Counted from the stretch's first letter, positions 35,774 to 50,046 are shown. The stretch: 64,000 nucleotides of DNA from Cenococcum geophilum (GCA_050273025.1 CP158635.1:14012001-14076000); one strand, 5' to 3'. Numbers and translations: made by a program. Notes: generated by a model not told the origin, from the letters alone.

Positions 35774-37067
35774 TAACGTTTTACACAAGCAAGTGAGCCA
35801 CACAAGCGAGTGAGCCACCCTACTAAGACTCAACCACCTTAAAAGCTAATAGCTACCCACTACTATCTATCGCTATAATAAATTACTAGCAGCTAGATAG
35901 ACTAACTATCAGCCTGTTTACACGTTCTTAAATTATATCCAGTCTCCCTACAGCGCCTACAGCGCCTCTGCTGCGAAGCGTTCCCACTTTTACGCCGCTT
36001 GCCCTCACGCGTCTCCCCCTCTACCTGCTTATCAGCCTAAGCTACTAGATCTAGACCCTCTGCCACTATAAGAACCTCTTATTTTTATAAGCGCTTTTTT
36101 TTACGCTTTTTACGCTGCGATAGAGCCTCATTAGCTTTTTGTAGGCTAGCTATCTATGCGCGCATTAGGGTGGCTTTATATATAATCTTCTCAGCACCCT
36201 TAGACAGCTAGTCTAGCTGGTCTACCATCGAGCTAGGTAAACTATTCTGGTGATTTTAAATTCGGCTACGCAGTAAAGCTGTTTAACTACCTAGTTCAGT
36301 AACGTTGCTAGGTGTTTTAGGTTCCTATAGAGTAACCTCTATAGGAGGTATAGGCGTTTAAAGCTTAATATCTAGCTTTAAGAGTACAGCCTCTAGATTA
36401 AATGGGACTAGGCCTACACCTTAAAATCCTACACGGATATTACTCTTAGTAATAGAGTTACTATAGGCTGCTTTAAATGCTGGTAGAAATTTAAGCTTTA
36501 TAATATGGAAGATGTAGTTGCGAACTAGGTTATTAACCTATTGTCTATACGCGCGCTTTAGAGGCGCAAAGCAGCCTATATCTAGTGATTGTAGTAGATA
36601 TAACGCGTGTGCTAGCATATAGAGCGTAAGAATATTCTTCTGCTTATAAAGCTGTTGAAATTCAAGAAATTAATGGCTCTTATAACCGTTGATTACTAGT
36701 AGGCGATATATGCCTACTGTACGATGCTGCGTATACCTATTAAAGTGCTTTAGCCATTTAATACCCAGCTAATTAGTTATCTAGCTATTCTCGCTTAACG
36801 CGATAGCCTATTTTTATAGTATATTATAGAACTAAGTAGTATAGTGGTGCTTTCTAGCAAATATAATAAATAGTGGAATTAGCCAGCCTAGTATTACGGC
36901 TCGTACAAATACCTCTGAACCGAAGCTTGTAGAATGCTGTATTACGAAGATACTAAGCTAAGGAGTAGAAGGAGGTCGAGGAAAGGACAGGTCTATATAC
37001 ACGAGCCAAGCCTCCAAGCGAGCCCCTAACTAGGCTGCATATAGACGTCATAGGGGCGGTACCCCAG

Positions 37068-40000
37068 TGTTGGAAAACAAGCCCGCAACGATATCACGTG
37101 ATGAGACTTGTGGGAGAAAGCTCTTGGCAGGAATCTGACCAATCAGACAACTTCGACCGGCGGTCGAAGTTCCTTAAAATCTCTTCAACCACCTATATAG
37201 AAAATAAGCAATACACAGAGTTTTTAGCTACATAACCTTAATTTAACAGGTTATGAGCCCGGGTTCGCGCCTGATGAGCTAAATCTAATTGCTTTATTAT
37301 TGTTACGATAATTGCTGTCGTAATATTACCACATAGGCGTTAACAGAAGTCGGTGAACGTTTACCAACTTATAACGCCAAAAACCTATAACGAGCAGCTA
37401 CGTAGCTGCTGACGGACTCTACGCTAAATGCATAAGAGGATCCTACCGAGGATGAGCCTAACACAGTCCGTAACTAAATAGCGGCACCGGAGGCTTAGGA
37501 GGACCTCTCATTCGGTAGACAACCTTACTATTATTATCACAGAACGATAGAGTTTCAAGAACAAAGCTTTATAATATCCGCATCAGTAGGGGATCAAAAA
37601 AAGCTTATTAGAACTGCCTACACTAGCTAAGGAACATATTAAGCCTACAGACTGCCTACTACAAACTACCTATAATTAAAGCCCCGCTAATATAAGCGAC
37701 GAACGTACCGCCCAAGCTTCTGTTCGAAAGCTCGTTAAACAGGAAGACTGGCCGATGTTTAGTATCAACGTACAAAACCACCTCCGATCCAAGAACATCG
37801 AGTAGGTCCTTAACGATCTACCGCGGCCTCTTCCTACACTAGAGTCGATTAAGGAGAAATAGGCGGACTTAGGCTTTACTAGTAAACAGCTAAAAATTAA
37901 ACTAGCTAAGCTAGTAAAGGAACGGGAGAAACACGAGGAACAGCTAGCCTATGCAGCCGGTTTTATTAACCAAAGCGTTAGTGATATTTATAAGCCGTTT
38001 ATATTAAACGCCGGACGGGCGCTTAAAAAATGGAAGGCCTTAAAAGAACGTTTTAAGGATCTTAATCCAGCAGCTGTTACTAACATTGTGGCTACCCTCT
38101 TTACTAAACGTGTACAAGACTTTAAGAACGTAGAGAAGTTTATCTCCTATATTATATTAAACCTTAATCGTCTTATTGAAATAAACTAACCTATTAACTA
38201 CGAACTCCTTACCTAAGCGGCCCTTCTATATAGGGTTAACTCTACTAAATACGCTTAGTTTAAAATAATAAAACGAACAAATTGGACATGGGAAAACACT
38301 GACCCGTAAGCTTTAGGTAAGGAACTTATTGTTTTTAATAGCGAACTTAATTAAGAAGTCTCTACACTAGTAGCATAATTAAACGACAGAGGGTCTATAA
38401 AGAGAAAAATAGTACCAGTTGGGACATGCAAGCACCCTAACTGCGTAAGATTTAACAGAATTACGCACTACGAAGAAGACTATTGGGAGAGGAAGCCAGA
38501 CAACGCTCTAAAGGAGATTGGCGATAAAATCCGCGCAAGGAAGAGGCCTAGGACTTAAGCGTCTGTCCAGCTTAACGAATATTCTAGTTAAGCTAAGCTT
38601 AACGCAAATCTATAACAAAAGCTTGCAGTAGCGGTAGTACAAGCTTAACTAAGTAGGTACAACTTCATCCTCAATACTGCCGCTACCGTCCACTACTATA
38701 AAGATCGCGAACTTCTTTTCAACTACATTAATAACGACACCTCGTTAGGGACAGTTAGTCCCTATAGGGCTCGTTTAGTAGGCAAAGGGTCCGTCTCTAT
38801 ACAAACCGCACTACCTAATAGAAGCTATGGAAGCACGCTTACTATACACAATGTTTTTTACATACCACATTCACCAGTAAACCTTCTATCTGGAGGCCGA
38901 CTTAAGGAAATAGGCGTCTTCTTTAATGGACATATCTATATGGCTAAGCGAGCACTGCAGCAGCACCCCTACATCTCAGCAACACTAACATCATCAACAT
39001 TCACAAAATTGAGCCTTGCTTGCTTGCTTTCCCTCCCACCTACACCTTTTTCTTTAGTTGCATATTTTGGGCTTTATAAATAGATACTGCAGCGATATAC
39101 TTGCGCACGGGTCCATGGGCATCACGTTTAGTCAAGGCAGGGCAATCCTCTGCAAATAGCCTTGCGAATATACCCATTCTCAATTAATGCCTTTGAGCCC
39201 GTACCCACCAATCAGATTAATTAATCCTCTTCTCCGCAAGCGTGTGAATAATAGACAATAAGACTCACGAACTTGAATACAACAGCGAGGTAATAGGATA
39301 CGCGCCTAAAGTTTAACGACTCTACCCGATTCGATAGTATAATTATCCGTTAAAATCGGTCCTCTACACAATCAAAGACGACAAAAGCCTACCCATTTAG
39401 CATCACCGATTTAGCCACCTTAACTATAATAACCTTAAACGCTACCTAAATAAACTCGGTATTAAGTTTAATAACGTTAGCAATAAACACTGTAAGCCCT
39501 ACGCTCAATCTAAAGCCAAAAAGAAGTATAACAGAACACCTCAGGAACGAGCTACACGGCCATTTTAATTCATCCACACGGATCTAGTGGGACATATTAC
39601 CCCCGTTGGCTTTAAAGGCGAAAGATACTACGTATCTTTTACCGACGACTATACGAGGTTTACCACGGTTTATACTGTCCGTATAAAGGACGAGTGGCTT
39701 AGTACTCTACAGAGGTACTATAACTGGATCCACACTAAATTCAACCTTAAAATCGCTAAAATTCGTACCGACTATGGAGCAGAGCTTCGTAGCAAGAAAG
39801 TAACAACCTAGATAGACAATCTAGGTATAGAATTCGAACCTGCCGCCTCACACGCTCAGGAAGAGAACGGAGTAGCGGAGCGCTCACAGCGAACCTCCAC
39901 CGAAATTACTCGCTCAATAATTCTCGCCGGCAATATACCAGACTTTCTGTAGCCCGACGTACTCCTTGTAGCTATATACATTAAAAACAGACGCCCTACA

Positions 40001-42972
40001 AGAGCTCTTGGTGGCATATCACCTTACGAAAAACTTAAGGGTAAACGTCCCTTAGTACACCACCTGCGGGCTCTAGGATCTACTGTCTACTCCCTTATAG
40101 CCAAAAAAGATCGCCTAAAATCAGCTAGGTTCGCTCCACAAGCAAAGAAGGGCGTTTTAATTGGCTATAATAGCAAGACAATCTATTGCGTTTGGCTACC
40201 AGATAAACAGAAGATCGAGCGCCTTAAGGACGTCGAGATCTACGAAGGTGACATCAATTTAAAGACTACTACTACATTTATAGAAGAACTCGTCGACTTA
40301 TTTAATAAGCAAGGGAGGAAAGACAAAGACACTACTACTCCTTAGCCGAAGCCTCTATCAAGAAAAAGACAACGAAGAATTAATTGGAAGGAAGGCCGCG
40401 ACAGCTTACCCCACAGGCTTAAGTCTCTGCCCAAAAACCTCACTACCACTACTCGATCAGGCCGCCAGACGTCAAGAATTGACCTACTAAGTAACCCCAC
40501 TGCCTTCCTTACAAGCCTCATAGGTATAGACCAAAGCCTTAACCAATGGGCCAACAATATTAATAAGCTACTAAGCAACTGGGACGACGAAGTAGGCGAC
40601 AAACTAATAGCCCTTCTATCTACCTTTCCCTCACAATCTATACCTCAAGATCCTCACTCAAACGACCGCGACGCGGTCAATCCTATGGCTCTACTAGCGG
40701 GCCATATTCAATATACTGGCTCACCCGATCTCAAAACATACACATCCACTACCTCAATCGACGAAGATAAGCCTCATACTTACGACCGAGCAATCAACGG
40801 CCCAAACAGCGAAGAATGGATAAAAGCAATAATAGAGGAAATAGGATCTCTAGTTAAGAACCAAACGTAGGAACTTATTAACTCTACCTCCCTTAAGCCT
40901 CCTCATAAGCCTCTTGCTGGTAAATAGGTATTCAAAGTTAAAAGGGGACGTAACGGCGAGGTCCTCCGCTACAAGGCAAGATAGGTTATTAAGGGAAATC
41001 TACAGCAGTACAGTGTCAACTACGACCAGACCTTTACCGCGGTAGTAAAACCTATAGCTTTTAGAGCTCTATTCGCGATCGCTGCCTACCACAATCTTAA
41101 AATTAAACAGATAGACGTTAAAACCGCCTTTCTCTATAGACCGATCGACCAAGAACTCTACATCGTTATGCTAAAAGGCTACGAAGAAGCTGGCAAAGTC
41201 TGCCGCCTTAAAAAGGCCCTCTACGGACTAAAATAGTCACCTTAAATCTGGTACAAGACGCTCTTAAAGTCTCTACTAGAAAAGCTTAGACTTTACCATC
41301 TACACACGGATTATAGTATATTCGCCACCAGTAAAGGATAAAAAGGTTTAATCATTTCTACCTACGTTAACGATACTAAAATTATCCATAGGGATATAGC
41401 GGTAGTTAATCGGGCGAAAGCAGAGCTCAAGGCAGCCTTCCAAATAATAGATCTTAGGCCAATAAGCTTTTACTTAGGTATAATAGTTACAAAAGATCGA
41501 ACGAAGAAGAAGATCACACTCTTACAGCGAGCCTACCTCATCAAAGCTCTTAAACGCTTTGGATTACGAAAAGCTAACACCTCACCAGTACCCATAAAGC
41601 ACTCAATTAAGCTTATAGCCAATCAAGAAACTACCAGCGAGGATGACATCAGAAGATACCAGAGCATAGTCGGTTTAGTTATGTTTCCTATAATAGAAAT
41701 AAGGCCAGATATCGCCTTTACAGTATCAACGGTAAGCCGTTTTGCTTACAATCCTACCTCCACCCATATAACGGCCGTAAGGCTTATCCTTTAATACCTG
41801 GCCGGCTCGCTTAATAGAGGAATTACCTATAGAGGTGATAAGAACCTAGACCTTACACTAATTAGCTTTAGCAACGCCGACTAGGGACGAGACAAAACCA
41901 CAAGACGCTCTATATCGGGCTTTGTATTTATATTAAACGGAGGACCAATTTCATGGAAATTAAAGCTACAAGCCACCATTTCGCTATTAACATGTTAATC
42001 AGAGTACACAGCTCTAACGGCTGCAGTAAAAGAGGCTACGTAGCTTCAACTTTTACTCACTAAACTAGGCGTACTGGACCAGAGCGAATAGTTCGCTAGG
42101 ATCCTAATCAAAACCGATAACCAAGCTGCAAAAGCGTTAGCCGAAAATCCAGTTCAACACGATCGAACGAAGCACATCGATATCCAGTTTCACTACGTGA
42201 GAGATAAGATAAACAGTGGCAGGATTGACCTTGTACACGTCGCTTCAATTAATATGGCGGCCGACGGCCTTACTAAGCCTCTCGCGGGTCCTCAATTCTA
42301 TGCCTTCCTTAAACACCTTCGGATGGTGCAGAAACTTAATTAACTACACTAGACCTTAATAGGAAATCAGTACACGACCGGTAGATCCTCGGAAAGTGCG
42401 CTAAACGACGCCTTAAGGCCTCAAGACAAGCGACAGAACTTAACCTACTACCCGAACCTACCACCCGAACCTACCACCCGAATCCAACGGCCACGACATC
42501 AGGGAGGGCTCATACCGGTAGAAAGGATAGACATACTTTAGGAGAGATGCAGGGTAAGGCTACAGGGCCTCTAGAGCTCTATAGGCAATGTAAAACACCT
42601 ATAGGGAGGTGCTACCAAAATTTCAAGAGACGTTTTACAGAGTAGGCGCTGTCTCTAGACGCTAGGGAGGGCGTAACTCCTTATTAGACACCTTTTCTAC
42701 CTTAGAGGAGCTTCAGCAACCCTCATTAAGCAATCTTATACCCCTATATACAGTGTATATAGCGGTATCGTTAACTAAGCTTAAGGGAGGGTATTGGAAA
42801 ACAAGCCCGCAACGATATCACGTAATGAGACTTGTGGGAGAAAGCTCTTGGCAGGAATCTAACCAATCAGACAACTTCGACCGGCGGTCGAAGTTCCTTG
42901 AAATCTCTTCAACCACCTATATAGAAAATAAGCAATACACAGAGTTTTTAGCTACATAACCTCAATTCAACA
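37068..42972 (+). mobile_element. Full-length Ty1/Copia retrotransposon, RIP-inactivated (181-bp LTRs at 37068-37248 and 42792-42972)
   Basis: TSD CCCAG; PBS-position GGTTATGAGCCC; PPT AAGGGAGGG. gag-PR-IN-RT-RH motifs NLLSGG, WHHRFGHL, IHTDLVG, RTDYGAEL, ENGVAER, DVKTAFL, YVDD, KHIDIQFH; stop at 42341-42343. Confidence 0.95.
38927..39255 (+). mobile_element. 329-bp solo A-B terminal unit of the Ngaro-type element, inserted in the Copia pol
   Basis: Reverse complement of the 329-bp repeat unit at 59827-60155. Removing it restores the Copia frame GVFF-DNKTHEL. Confidence 0.85.
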
Positions 42973-43732
42973 CCCAGCGCCGTCACACCTAGAGCATTTA
43001 CACTCTAGATTACTGTAACCCATTCTTAATTACCTGGCTATACAGTTTTAGGCTAGATACGTCGCTCAGAGCCTGTAATAACTTTAGTAGTTATTATAAC
43101 ACCCATCTAAAATCTAGCTTCATTAAAATTATATATATCTCCGTTAGATATGCTATGCTCCGCCTTAAAATTACATATAAGGTTAAACTAGGGCTTAATA
43201 ATCTTAGGATCCTCGTATAGAGCTTGCTAATAGTTATACTTTCGATTATATCGTAATTTAATCTTAAGCGTCCTCCGTATATAGTTATATAGCTAGTTAA
43301 TGCCGACCTTACTAGTAGAGCTAGTAGAGCGCGCAGCGAGTAGTTAATTAGCTATTTCTCTTATATAGATAACCCAAGGCGCAAATCCTTATAAATCTAG
43401 GTCGAGAATATGCTTAGTAATAGCCTCCTCTTTTAGCTTAGTGAGCTTCTTTAAATTGGCCTTACAATCGCGTCGTAAGAGAGTTCCACCGCGTCGTCGT
43501 TGAAGGGTCGCTCGAGAGACATCGTAAGTTACTGTAGCGTATCGCACGCTATGGAATTGGTTCTGCTTAATAGCTAAGATAGCTAGGGCTATCCTGCCTT
43601 CTTGATAGCTCAATTAAGGGTTGTGTTGTTGTTTTATAGTAGTTAATAGTTAACGCGTCGTGATTTCTTAGTGGGGTGGCTCACTCGCTTGTATGGCTCA
43701 CTCGCTTGTGTAAAACGTTACTATAACTACTA

Positions 43733-46700
43733 TTAAAAACAGATTTACAACGACATAATGCAATCGCCCGCTAAAGAAACCTGCGAAATAAGCCTAATAG
43801 AGCTCCCACGAGCTCCAGAGGACTATAGAAACCCTTTCTATCAAAACCACACACCCTAATTCGGCGTTAGTGGAGGTATATATGGTGTTTTCCAATATAT
43901 AGCCCCTAAAACCGAATTATAACAAACAAATAAACCTCTAACCCTAACTACCCTAACCACCCTAATTAAATAGCGCGCCTTTTAAGAACGCGTTTTATAG
44001 ACTATATAAACCGCAGAATAAACCTAGTAGGCACTATAGAAACGATCTCTTAATATAGATAAGGAGCGCTCTACTATGCTCTCCTTCCTTATTACTGCGA
44101 TTATAACCCTCCGGACAGCCTTTACTATATTAGCGGAGCTTATCTAGACCTAAGGAACCTAGGAGTAATATGCCTAAGATATAAAGGCAATCCGGATAGA
44201 TATTAGCGCCCTTAGGAAGGCCATAATAATGGTTATAAAGAACGGACCAACGTCTATAGGCCCGCTATCGTACGTATACGTTACTACCACTATACCTATA
44301 ATGCCCTAAGCTATAAGATAAGTTGCCTATAAACCTATAGAAGTATATAAGATTATAATCTATATAGGCGATGCTGCTAACTATAAGGAAACCTTAAAGT
44401 AGAATAGCTAAGCCCTGGTATATAAACTCTAGGCTATAGGACCCCTAGATACCCATAGGATATAGGCCGTAAAGAAGTTATAAAGCGGTAACGTTAGGGC
44501 GTATGTTACGGATAAAGACGTAAAAAATAGGTTGCTATAAGAAATAGAGTGGATAAAGGTCCTTAGACGCTCTACTATACTAGCTGTTCCGCTAGTACTA
44601 GTAGAGGTCTACGCGGTATCTACAAGCCTCGCCATCTAAGGCCTAGAGGCTAAGTAGATAATAGAAGATATAATAAAGCAGAACTGTACTATAGCGGGGC
44701 TTATAGTAGAAAGGCTAGTGTAGAAAAGGCTAGGAAGAGTCCGAACGGGATAAAAGGTTAAATTGTTACTTATTATAGGTATATAGTTAAAAGAGTTAGT
44801 AAATACGCTATTTAATTGGGGCTTCTTCCTAGGAGGAGACTACTACCTAGTTATAAGGCATGAGATAACATTTCTAGTAACGCAGTACTTTAAATATTAA
44901 GGCTTTAACTATATAGCTAAGAGTTATAGAAGAGAAGCTAGATGCGGATGCTGCGCTAAGTAATATAATACTAGCGAATGTATAGGAGACCTACTTAAAA
45001 AGTGTATTAACTATAAAGCAGACTATAAGGTATGGAATAGGGCGTATAGTATTAAGCGGATATAGTAGGAGAAGGCTGTAGTAATTAGGGCCTATACGCT
45101 AATACACTACGTAGGCACCTATAAGGCACCTACGAGCGGATAGCAATTATAATTATAGTATAAGATCACTACTAAGGAGGCCTTATAACGAGCTAAGAAA
45201 AGGAAGCTAAAGAAGACAGTTACGTAAGAGAGCTCTATATAGGCAGAGGAAGCCCCCTAGAAGGTCGGCCGGTTATAGACTTTTAATTATTTTAGGAAGG
45301 AAATAGGCTAGAGGACCCTCTAATTAATACTCTAAATAGCACTATATAGTAGTATATATGCCCTAATTTAAATCCTAATAACCTAGGAGCCCCTACTAAA
45401 TATGGAGTTTAATATAGAGGTAGAAGCAGAAGCCTAGATTTAGAGAGAGATATTTAGAGGCTTCAAAACTACGTTATAAGGAAGTAAACAGACGCTAAAG
45501 GGCACCGACTTAGCTAACTTAAAGGCTAGCATAGATCTCTTATATTTAGACACTGGAAAACACTTATAATTATATAGTATAATACTAATAATAGTAGAAA
45601 CGGCGTACTGCTCTACTTCCTATAAGAGGTGAAGTAGGCGGATCCCTAGCTGGATATATTAGCTATCTAGGAGCCGTGGCGAAGGGACTAAGGAAATATA
45701 ATATATACTATAAAATCCTACTACCTAGTATATATGGGAGCAGGTAATATAAGGGTCTACTTTTATATAAATAAGGCTATTAATATAAATAAGTAGGCGC
45801 CTATATACTACTTAGCGGACGTATATATAATTAAGCTAAAGGGCTGCAAGAGGACTATTTAAATTTACAATATTTATAACCCCTAATAGATAAATAGTAG
45901 TATCCGTGTACTACCGGAGCTGCTAAGGGCTAAAGGAGAATATATACTATTAGGTAATTTTAATCTACATTACCCCTTTTAGGGGGGTATAATAGTAATA
46001 TATATGGATAACGTAGTAGATAACCTTATCCGCGTTATAGAGGCAGCCAGCCTAAGCTTAGCTATTAAGGTGGGTATAGAGATATAGGTAAAGGGTATAT
46101 TAAAAAGCACGCTAGACCTAGTATTTACCTCCCCCTAAATTACTAATAGGCTATTATAGAGTTAAAGATAAGACCGCTAGTATATAGGGTCTAACTACTT
46201 TCCTATTATTATGGAGGTGGACGTAGAGATGCTAGAGGGGCCCCCTTTATCTAGGAGACCGCTATAGAAGAAGGCTAATTAGAAGGTGGTGTAGAGTAAG
46301 CTAAAGGGCTGACTTTAGCCCCTATATAGACTCCCGTGCGATATAAGAGATAAATTAAACGCGCTAGCGGAGGCTATATATTAGGCGATTAAAAACACTA
46401 TAGTAAAAACAGTACCTAACGCACGGCCCTTACCGTAAGCCTTTAAAGGATAGTTAGAGGAATATATAGAAGTAGTAAAGGAAACCCAATAGGCCTTCTA
46501 GGCGTAGAAGGTCTCTTAGTTAATACCCGACTAGATTAACTATAGAGTTATATAGAATAAGAAGAAAAGGGTAATCTAATAAAAGGCTAATAAGCTATAG
46601 AGAAAGACCGTTAAAAAGTTAATAAATAACCCTAAAGGGATATGGAGGATAGCAAAATGGGCGCGTATAGCGGATGGGAAGCTAAAGGCCCTACTATAGT

Positions 46701-49686
46701 TTCCTCCTATTAGTAGACTAGGAGAGGAAACCCTACACTATAATAATAAGGAGAAGGCCACTATCCTTATAGAGCAGTTCTTTCTGCTGCCAGTAGAGGC
46801 GGACCTTAGTAATATACTAGGGTTTATATACCCGGAGCTATAAACAGTAAAGAAAGTAGTTAAGGAGGAGGATATTATTACGGCCCTAAAGGGGCTTGCC
46901 CCTAATAAGGCCCTAGGTCTAAAAAAGATTACTAATTAATTCCTTAAGATATATAGAGAGTAGCTAGCCCTAGTGCTAGCTAAACTCTTTAGCAGCTATA
47001 TAGCAATTAGACATTACCTAAAACTATTTAAAAACTCTACTATAGTAGTCCTCTAAAAACTATAGAAGCCATCTTATACTATAGCAAAGGCCTACTAGCT
47101 AATCGCGCTGCTTAATACCATTAGGAAGCTACTTAAGAGAATAGTAGCTAGCTAACTATCTAAAATTATAGAGGAGATAGGTATACTACTGGCTAGTTAA
47201 ATAGGAGCAAGGCCGGGGCGCTTAATGTAGATAGTACTGGAGCTACTAACTTAACAGGTATATATAGTGTAGAGGAGTAACCTAAACCTAGTAGCCTTAT
47301 TACTTAGCCTTAATATTTCTAGGGCCTTTAACTAAGTCTTTTATAAAAGAATAATCTATAATATAAAGGCCTAAGCTATACCCTACTAGATAGTATAGTT
47401 TATAAAGTCCTTTCTTAAGGATTAAATAATAAGGCTCTTAATTAGAGGATATATAGCATAAATAATATAAATAAATACTAGTATACCCTAAGGCTCAGCG
47501 CTATCGCCAATCCTATTCCTCTTTTTTGTTTATACACTCCTACTAGAGCTATAAGGGGGAACTACTACGGTATTTAGATTTATTAATAACTCTAATATAC
47601 TAACGTATAGTAAGACTATAGAGGAAAACTATAGAACTATAGAAAGGGCGCATAAGGTATACATAGCGTGGGCACGCCGGTATAGGGTAGTATTTACCCC
47701 TAAAAAGTACTACCTTATCTATTTTATAAGGAGCTATAAGAAGTTTAATATAAAGGCTATAGCTAATATATATAGCTTTACGGAAGGCCTAGTTAGTAAC
47801 CTATGTATATTAGGGGTATAGGTTAACTTAAAGCTTAAATAGGGACCATACGTTAATATTATTAAGACGAAGGCAATTACCTAAATAGCCGTACTAACCT
47901 GGCTTACGGCCTCTATATAGGGCGCCTTTTTTTAGAAGGCGCGGATAGTATACTTTACCGTAGTCCGGCTGGCAATCTTATACAAATATAATACCTAATA
48001 CTCGCTACTAGAGTGGACGAAGCCTAAGGAGATAAGTAAAACTAAGCTGCGCTAGCTAGGCGTAGTATAAAACCTATACCTCCGCACTATTATGAGGGCG
48101 TATAAATTAACGCTAATAGTAATACTAAAGCACAAGATAAGGTTTCCGCCGCTTTAAATACACCTTAAAGAGCTAGCTATAGCCTACGCAAAGAGGACGC
48201 TAAAAGGACTAGTAAGAGAGTATATTAAAAGGGAGTGTAATACTATACGGGCTATAATAGCCTACTAACTCCGGCCTAGAATAAAGCTACTAATACGGCC
48301 TACTAGACGGGATAAGCTTAAGAGAATGGCGGCTGCTATTTTAGGGATAAATATACGGCTAATAGACTTATCTAAAGCGTAGTATAAGAGAAGTAGAAGG
48401 GCTGGGGTATAAGAGGCGTTTAAGGAGCGGTGGAAAAGGGAATAGGAAAAGTATTAGAGCATGCTTACCCACTATACAACGGCTTAGGCCGAGCCATAAA
48501 ATAAGGAAGTCTTTAAACGCTATATAAGGCTTATAAAGGTAGAGAGCACAATTAATATACTGCTTAGAACTAAGTATATAGGGCTTAATAGATACCTCTA
48601 CTACTAAAAAGTACTAGGGTACCTAACTCCGGCCTACCTATACGGCTATAGCCAATAATTAATAATATACGTAGTGGTGTTCTACCCTAGGCACGCTATA
48701 GGCTAGGCGGAAATATATTACTATACTAGAATATTCTTATATAAAGAGCTCCTAACTAAGCTAAAGGCTACTAAGGTAGTTGCGGACTGGTTTATATAGA
48801 TAAACCTCTTACCATACCTTTTATTTGCTAGAGAGCTGGCTAGAGTAAAGAGAGGAGGCTAGGAAGTACTTTAAGAGGCAAAGGATAAATACTATAGGGA
48901 TAGTAGAATATAGCAGAATTTTATAGATAGTAACCTAGTAGAAGTTAGCAGAACTCTAGCAATCTAGTAAAATTCAGTAGAACTTATTAACCTAGCAGAA
49001 TTTGGTAGAATTTAGTAACCTAATAGAAGTTAGCAGAATTTTAGCAACCTAATAGAATTTAGCAGAGTTTAGGCAACCTAATAGAAATTGGCAGAGTTTT
49101 GGCAACCTAATAGAATTTAGTAGAGTTTTAGCAACCTAATAAAATCTAGTAGAATCTTAGTAACCTAGTAGAACCTAATAACTTAATAGAAGTTAGCAGA
49201 ACTTTAGCAACCTAGTAGAATTTAACAGAATTTAGTAACCTAGTAGAATTTAGTAGAGGTTAATATCCTAATAGAACTTAATAAAACTTAGTAAGATATA
49301 GAGCTGTATATATTAACGCAGATGTAAATAATGGAACATTTTATACCACTACTAGCCTTATAGGCTACCGGCCTACGCCCTACCTAGATAACCGGAGTAG
49401 CTAGAAACAGAACCTAGGCCCTAACTATATACCCTACCGGATAGACCTAGGAGTACGCATTAAGATAGCTTTTCTATAGCGCCTTAAAGAGATATCTACT
49501 TATACTTGGCAGTTACTAATTAGAAGAGAGGCTATATAGGCCGTATAACAAGAGAAGGAGAGATTTTATCTAGCCCTAGCGGTACGGTTCCCTTCTTATA
49601 TATATATATGTACCCATATAAACCCGCTATATGGACCCTAACGGGAGCCGCAATAGCGTAATTGAATATTATAACATAATATAATA
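43733..49686 (+). mobile_element. Full-length Tad1-like LINE (family M), RIPped
   Basis: ORF1 with a CCHC knuckle (~44880-45030). ORF2 APE (GDFNLHHP ~45950) and RT (KAPGP, PIALLNTIGK, QMGAR, LDIS.AFD, PQGSALSPILF, FVDD ~47580). TAA-rich tail; TSD TATAACTACTA, second copy split by a solo LTR. Confidence 0.9.
48915..49295. repeat. Degenerate ~18-19 bp tandem repeats (AGCAGAATTTAGCAACCT-like) in the LINE 3' region
   Basis: Directly visible degenerate array. Confidence 0.8.
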
Positions 49687-49695
49687 TATAACTAC

Positions 49696-50041
49696 TATTA
49701 ATAATAAGCTCTAATGTTGCTTATGTAAGCGTTACATAAGAATACTCTAGAAGAACCCTACGGCTTTACGCGGTGTATTAGATGGTATTAGCTAGTGTAT
49801 TAGCTAGTATATTAGGTAACGTATTAGCTAGTATATTAGGTAACGTATTACCTAGTATATTAGGTAACGTATTAAAATATAAAACGGAACGTAAACGTTC
49901 TAGAACTAGGGTCTTCTAGGTATATAGAGACTCGATCCCCTATAGATAGACATTATTAATTGCATTAAGTTCATCCACTTTACTTACTTCACTACATCGT
50001 TCACCCTGTCGTCCTCCGACCTCTACTTACCCAAATTAACA
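49696..50041 (+). mobile_element. Solo LTR, family S
   Basis: Colinear with 34833-35212; perfect TSD ACTAC. Confidence 0.9.
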
Positions 50042-50046
50042 ACTAC

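Larger units (their letters stand above)
36892..42987 (-). mobile_element. Solo LTR related to the 14220 LTR, split by the Copia insertion
   Basis: 36892-37040 is similar to the reverse complement of 14220-14382; TSD CCTAG at 36887-36891 and 42988-42992. Confidence 0.85.
35776..43718 (-). mobile_element. Fot1/pogo DNA transposon (~1.85 kb net), RIPped, hosting nested insertions
   Basis: TIRs ACGTTTTACACAAGCRAGTGAGCCACACAAGCGAGTGAGCCACCC with TA at both ends. HTH_psq start (QEGRIALAI..YDVSRATLQRR); de-RIPped YNFDE.RF, IDGHESH, LQPLDVGCFAPLK; C-terminal CxxC..GH..RTC. Confidence 0.93.

Noticed and set aside
37271..37300. Hammerhead ribozyme core (CTGATGAG)
   Set aside because: No downstream GAAA or flanking stems; it lies in the Copia leader next to the PBS.
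38927..39255. Non-autonomous canonical Helitron (opposite strand starts TCTATT)
   Set aside because: No CTRR end, no clear terminal hairpin and no A|T target; the Ngaro split-repeat model explains both the solo copy and the array.
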